In this document: positions 60,477-64,000 of the stretch, in pieces | Numbering within the stretch: the stretch's first letter is position 1 | Layout: each line of letters opens with the position of its first letter | Source of the DNA: Alphaproteobacteria bacterium | Lineage (GTDB): Bacteria; Pseudomonadota; Alphaproteobacteria; MPNO01 | Assembly: GCA_965248835.1 (NCBI GenBank) | Contig: CBDFLJ010000001.1 | Span: 1,664,001-1,728,000, forward strand | Direction: 5' to 3' | Length of the DNA stretch: 64,000 bases | Notes under the pieces: generated by a model | The model's input: the letters and a program-made list of their open reading frames with translations, nothing else | What the model was told of the DNA's origin: nothing | The model's database searches: none | Program-made: the position numbers and the translations under genes

Positions 60477-61502
60477 ATGAGCTATACCGTCAAGATTGCC
60501 CAATGGGACTCCCCGATAGAGGTCGAGCTCGGCCAGACCATTCTGGACGCCGCGCTGGCGGCCGGCGTGCCTTACCCGCACGGCTGCCGGTCGGGCAATT
60601 GCGGCGCCTGCAAGTCGCGGCTGATCAGCGGCGATGTCGAGATGTCGCCGTTTTCCGAATTCGCCTTGGACGAGGCGGAGCGCGAGTCCGGCCTGGTGCT
60701 CGCCTGCCGCTCGGTCCCGTGGGAGGACGCCGAAATCGCCTGGCTCGGCGAAGAGGAGATCACCGCCCATCCGATCCGGCACATGACCGGCCGGGTCGTG
60801 CGGATCGAGCCGATGACCTGGGACATACTCGGCGCGCGGCTCGCGATCGAGACCGGCGGCCCGTTTGTCTTCTCGGCCGGGCAGTACTGCCGGGTGCAGT
60901 TCGCCGGGCTGCCCGAGCGCGACTTCTCGATGGCCAACCTGCCCGACGATCCGCTGATCGAGTTCCACATCCGCCATGTGCCCGGCGGCGCGGTCAGCGC
61001 CTATGTCGCCGAGACCCTGGCGCCCGGCGAGGCGGTCCGCTTGCAAGGGCCGTTCGGCACATCCTGGCTGCGCGAGGCGCACCGCGGGCCGATCTATGCG
61101 CTGGCCGGCGGCTCGGGCCTGGCCCCGGTGAAGTCGATCGTCGAGCACGCCCTGGCCGGCGGCGCCGCCCAGGACATCTTCCTCTATTTCGGTGTCAGGG
61201 ACGAACGCGACCTCTATCTCGAAGACCATTTTTCCAAGCTTGCCGCCGCCCACCCCAATCTGCACTTTGTCCCGGTGTTGTCGGAGCCCGAAGCGCCGAC
61301 CGCGCGGCGGACGGGGTTCCTGCATGAAGCGCTCGATGCCGATGTTGCGGATTTCGACGGCTGCAAGGCCTATATCGCCGGGCCGCCCGTGATGGTCGAG
61401 GCCGCGACGCGGCTTCTGACCGAGCGCGGCATGCGGCGCGGCGATGTCCACGCCGATGCGTTCTATACCGAGGCCGAGAAGGCCGGGCAGGAGGGCAGTT
61501 GA
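60477..61502 (+). CDS. Oxygenase reductase (N-terminal 2Fe-2S, FAD/NAD domains)
   Basis: CRSGNCGAC...LAC, GQY, R.FSMAN, GPFG, AGGSGLAP, AGPPVMV. Confidence 0.92.
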   Translation: MSYTVKIAQWDSPIEVELGQTILDAALAAGVPYPHGCRSGNCGACKSRLISGDVEMSPFSEFALDEAERESGLVLACRSVPWEDAEIAWLGEEEITAHPIRHMTGRVVRIEPMTWDILGARLAIETGGPFVFSAGQYCRVQFAGLPERDFSMANLPDDPLIEFHIRHVPGGAVSAYVAETLAPGEAVRLQGPFGTSWLREAHRGPIYALAGGSGLAPVKSIVEHALAGGAAQDIFLYFGVRDERDLYLEDHFSKLAAAHPNLHFVPVLSEPEAPTARRTGFLHEALDADVADFDGCKAYIAGPPVMVEAATRLLTERGMRRGDVHADAFYTEAEKAGQEGS

Positions 61503-62452
61503 TGGCCGACGGGGGCGCGCTCCAGGGCCGGGTTGCGATCGTCACCGGCGGTGCGCGCGGCATCGGGGCTGCGATTTCCGCGCTGCTGGTTGCGCGCGGG
61601 GCCGCGGTGGTGGTCGCCGATAACGGGGCGGCGATCGACGGAAGCGACCCCGACCCGGCGGTTGCGCGGGACTTCGCGGCCGGGCTGGGCGCGCGCGCCG
61701 CGGCCCACGCCGCGAACATGGCCAGCCCCGAGGCCGCGGCTTCTGCCGTTGCCATGGCGCGCGAGACCTTCGGCGGCATCGATATCGTGATCAACAACGC
61801 TGCCATCCTGCGCGATGCCCTGGTGTTCCGCGGCACGGCGGAGGATTGGGACGCCGTGATCGGCAACAACCTGTCCGGCGCCTTCTACCTGACCGCTTGC
61901 GCTGCCGCGGTGATGCGCGATCAGGCCAAGGCGGGCCGCGGCGGCGGCGAGGCCTACGATTGGGGCCGCGTCGTCAACCTGGTCTCCACCGCGGCCTATA
62001 TCGGCAATTACGGTCAGGCCTCCTATGCCAGCGCCAAGGGCGGGCTGACCGCTTTGATGCGGATCACCGCGCTCGACATGGCGCGCACCGGGGTGACCTG
62101 CAACGCGGTCGCCCCGTTCGCCCATACGCGGGTGACCGAGATGATCAAGCCGGCCAACGACACGCAGGCGGCCTACAAGGAGCGCGGGCTGAAGGTGCCG
62201 GCCGAGCATGTCGCGCGGCTGGTCGGCTATCTGTGCTCGCCCGCCGCGCAGTCGGTCACCGGACAGATCTTCGGCGTGCGCGGACGCGAGGTCTTCGTCT
62301 TCTCCCAGCCGCGTCCGGCCGCGCGCGTGATCGCCGAAGGCGCCGCGTGGCAGGACGATGCGCTGGCCGATGCGGTCGAGGCCGGGCTGCGGGCGCATTT
62401 CGCACCGCTGGAGACCGATCTGGAGGTCTTCAACACCGAACCCTATGTCTGA
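61502..62452 (+). CDS. SDR family oxidoreductase (hydroxyacyl-CoA dehydrogenase-like subtype)
   Basis: VTGGARGIG, NNAAILRD, GNYGQASYASAK. Confidence 0.9.
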   Translation: MADGGALQGRVAIVTGGARGIGAAISALLVARGAAVVVADNGAAIDGSDPDPAVARDFAAGLGARAAAHAANMASPEAAASAVAMARETFGGIDIVINNAAILRDALVFRGTAEDWDAVIGNNLSGAFYLTACAAAVMRDQAKAGRGGGEAYDWGRVVNLVSTAAYIGNYGQASYASAKGGLTALMRITALDMARTGVTCNAVAPFAHTRVTEMIKPANDTQAAYKERGLKVPAEHVARLVGYLCSPAAQSVTGQIFGVRGREVFVFSQPRPAARVIAEGAAWQDDALADAVEAGLRAHFAPLETDLEVFNTEPYV

Positions 62453-62462
62453 GGAGGCCGGC

Positions 62463-63185
62463 ATGGCCGATAGCCAGAAGTTCGAGGTCAAAACGGTCGA
62501 GGCGTTTCAGCACCAGCCCGAGGAGTACAAGCTGGCGGTGCGCAAGATCGTTCAGAGCCACGCGGTCAACGAACTCTACGGCTCGCAGGTGTTCGACGAG
62601 CCGGCGATCGCGCTGGCGCCGACGCCGTACGCCAAATGGCTGACCTGCCGGGTGGCGATGGAGGAATACGGCCACCATGTCCGCTTCGCCGAGCTCGGCG
62701 AGGCCATCGGCATCGCCGCCCACGACCTGGTGCCGCGCAAGGGCGGCAAGCGCCCGCTCAGCGTCTTCGAATTCGAGATGAAGACCTGGATCGAGTTCTG
62801 CGTGATCAAGGCGCTTGGCGATCTGGCGGAGATCCTCCAGGTCGAGGACCTGCTGCACTGCTCGTTCCACCCGTTGCGCAACCTGGCGCGCATGACCATG
62901 CCGGAGGAGCGCTTCCACGCCCAGTTCGGCGAGGATTTCTGCACCGACCTGATCGCCGACGACGGCGCCCGCGATGCGATCCAGGCGGCGGTCGAGCGCG
63001 TCTTTCCGTTGATGACCCCGTTCTTCGGCGCCGCCGGGTCGCGCAACAACGCGATGTTCCGCAAGTGGGGCATCAAGCTGCGCACCAACGAGGAGATGCG
63101 CGAGGACTATATCAACCGGGCGCGGACCCTGATCGAAGACAAGTTGGGGCTGTCCTTGCCCGACCCGGCCCAGGCCGCCGCCTGA
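62463..63185 (+). CDS. Ferritin-like diiron protein, PaaA/BoxB (aryl-CoA epoxidase) family
   Basis: NE, MEEYGH, D...Q, PEERFH.FG, WGIK.RTNEE.R..YI; GAGGAGG RBS. Confidence 0.8.
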   Translation: MADSQKFEVKTVEAFQHQPEEYKLAVRKIVQSHAVNELYGSQVFDEPAIALAPTPYAKWLTCRVAMEEYGHHVRFAELGEAIGIAAHDLVPRKGGKRPLSVFEFEMKTWIEFCVIKALGDLAEILQVEDLLHCSFHPLRNLARMTMPEERFHAQFGEDFCTDLIADDGARDAIQAAVERVFPLMTPFFGAAGSRNNAMFRKWGIKLRTNEEMREDYINRARTLIEDKLGLSLPDPAQAAA

Positions 63186-63191
63186 GCCTCG

Positions 63192-63737
63192 GTGCCCGCA
63201 GCGCTCACCGTCGCCGGGCTTGCCCGCCGGATTCCCGACATGGCTTGGTTCGGCGCGCTCGGCGAGGCGCTGGGCGAGGCCGAGCGGTCCGAAGCGGCGC
63301 TCTATCTCGCCGGGCTCGGCCGCTTCGGTCATGCGATCACACCGGTCGCGGATTGGCCGGCAGCCCGCGCCGCATCGACGGACCCCGCCTGGGACCCGGC
63401 GTGGTGGGACGACGAGGACGAAGCCCGGCGTGCTTTGCAGACCGCCGCCGAGGGCGCGCTGGATTCCGCCGCGCTGCACCGGTCGCTTACCGCCGTCACC
63501 GAGGCCGCGCGGCTTGTCATCGAAGGGGCGGCCTGTCGGGCCGCAAGCCGGGCCGGTCATCGCGATACCGGGCTGGTCAAGGCGGCTGCCGGTGCGGCGA
63601 GCCTCGCCTGCTTCCAGGCCGGGCTCGTCCTTCTCGCCGGGGCCGGAGACGACCACCCGCTGATGGCGAAGTTCCGCCTGTTCGAATGCGGGCGGTGGCC
63701 TTTGGCCGTCATTGGCAATAGGTTCTACCTCTTCTGA
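63192..63737 (+). CDS. Hypothetical protein
   Basis: 181-aa ORF 6 bp after the PaaA-like gene; WDPAWW and HPL..KF.LF..GRWP segments. Confidence 0.7.
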   Translation: MPAALTVAGLARRIPDMAWFGALGEALGEAERSEAALYLAGLGRFGHAITPVADWPAARAASTDPAWDPAWWDDEDEARRALQTAAEGALDSAALHRSLTAVTEAARLVIEGAACRAASRAGHRDTGLVKAAAGAASLACFQAGLVLLAGAGDDHPLMAKFRLFECGRWPLAVIGNRFYLF

Positions 63738-63787
63738 GCCGGCCGGGACTCCGCGCACCCTCGCCCGGTGCCGAGAGGATCGTCGTG

Positions 63788-64000
63788 ATGAGCGGTACCG
63801 CGATCGAGATGAGCACGCTGACCGAGCTCTTGGGCTATCATCTGCGCTGCGCCCATGTCGCGGTCTTCCAGCACTTCAACCGGACCCTCGGAGCCCACGA
63901 CATCTCGCCGCCTCAGTTCGGCACGCTGTTGCTGATCGAGGCGAATCCGGGCGTGAGCCAGAGCGCGGTCGCCGAGGCGCTGCGCTTCGACCGCTCGACC
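63788..64000 (+). CDS. MarR-family transcriptional regulator (truncated by window end)
   Basis: LGYHLR.AH, ISPPQFGTLLLIEANPGVSQSAVAEALRFDRST. Confidence 0.85.
   Translation, partial: MSGTAIEMSTLTELLGYHLRCAHVAVFQHFNRTLGAHDISPPQFGTLLLIEANPGVSQSAVAEALRFDRST

Noticed and set aside
58236-61502. 1088-aa Rieske-reductase fusion
   Set aside because: Only the last 341 aa are protein-like; the rest overlaps the Rieske and MetE-like genes out of frame.
2538-63758. Many long antisense or overlapping ORFs (e.g. 2538-4382, 25012-27387, 39741-41834)
   Set aside because: Expected stop-poor shadows of real genes in high-GC DNA; no family motifs.
1-64000. CRISPR array, rRNA, prophage
   Set aside because: No regularly spaced repeats, rRNA motifs, integrase or phage structural genes were recognised.

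Overview
A high-GC (roughly 65-70% by eye) alphaproteobacterial chromosome segment; Rhodospirillales-like placement is inferred from gene order, not tested. 1-24.2 kb is mostly core genome: tandem xanthine-dehydrogenase/CoxL-family large subunits, yejA-yejA-yejB-yejE-yejF, hisN, pheA, nudC, ffs (SRP RNA)-dnaX-ybaB-recR, def-fmt-truA and dapD-dapE, with an inserted LigAB-type dioxygenase plus CNT transporter. 24.2-50.3 kb is an accessory catabolic region. It holds three hydantoinase/oxoprolinase A subunits and four B subunits; one B is fused to an acetone-carboxylase-gamma-like Zn domain and one is acetone/acetophenone-carboxylase-like. It also holds a Cys-less thiolase + DUF35 pair, a TRAP transporter, and an HD-domain diiron + CADD-like diiron + amidohydrolase-2 trio. 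50.5-53.8 kb is a decayed defence/mobile patch: a frameshifted restriction-modification gene stump and an AT-rich HEPN-motif gene bracketed almost exactly by IS1380-family ends. 53.8-64 kb holds ddpX, an adducin-like aldolase, an MFS transporter, a GS-like ligase and a divergent operon (Rieske oxygenase, MetE-like protein, reductase, SDR, stand-alone PaaA/BoxB-like diiron protein, hypothetical, MarR). Two tiny deletion-relic genes (DyP, possibly cytochrome cM) are still translationally coupled. No rRNA, tRNA or CRISPR array was seen. All family calls come from motif recognition by eye; no database search was run.
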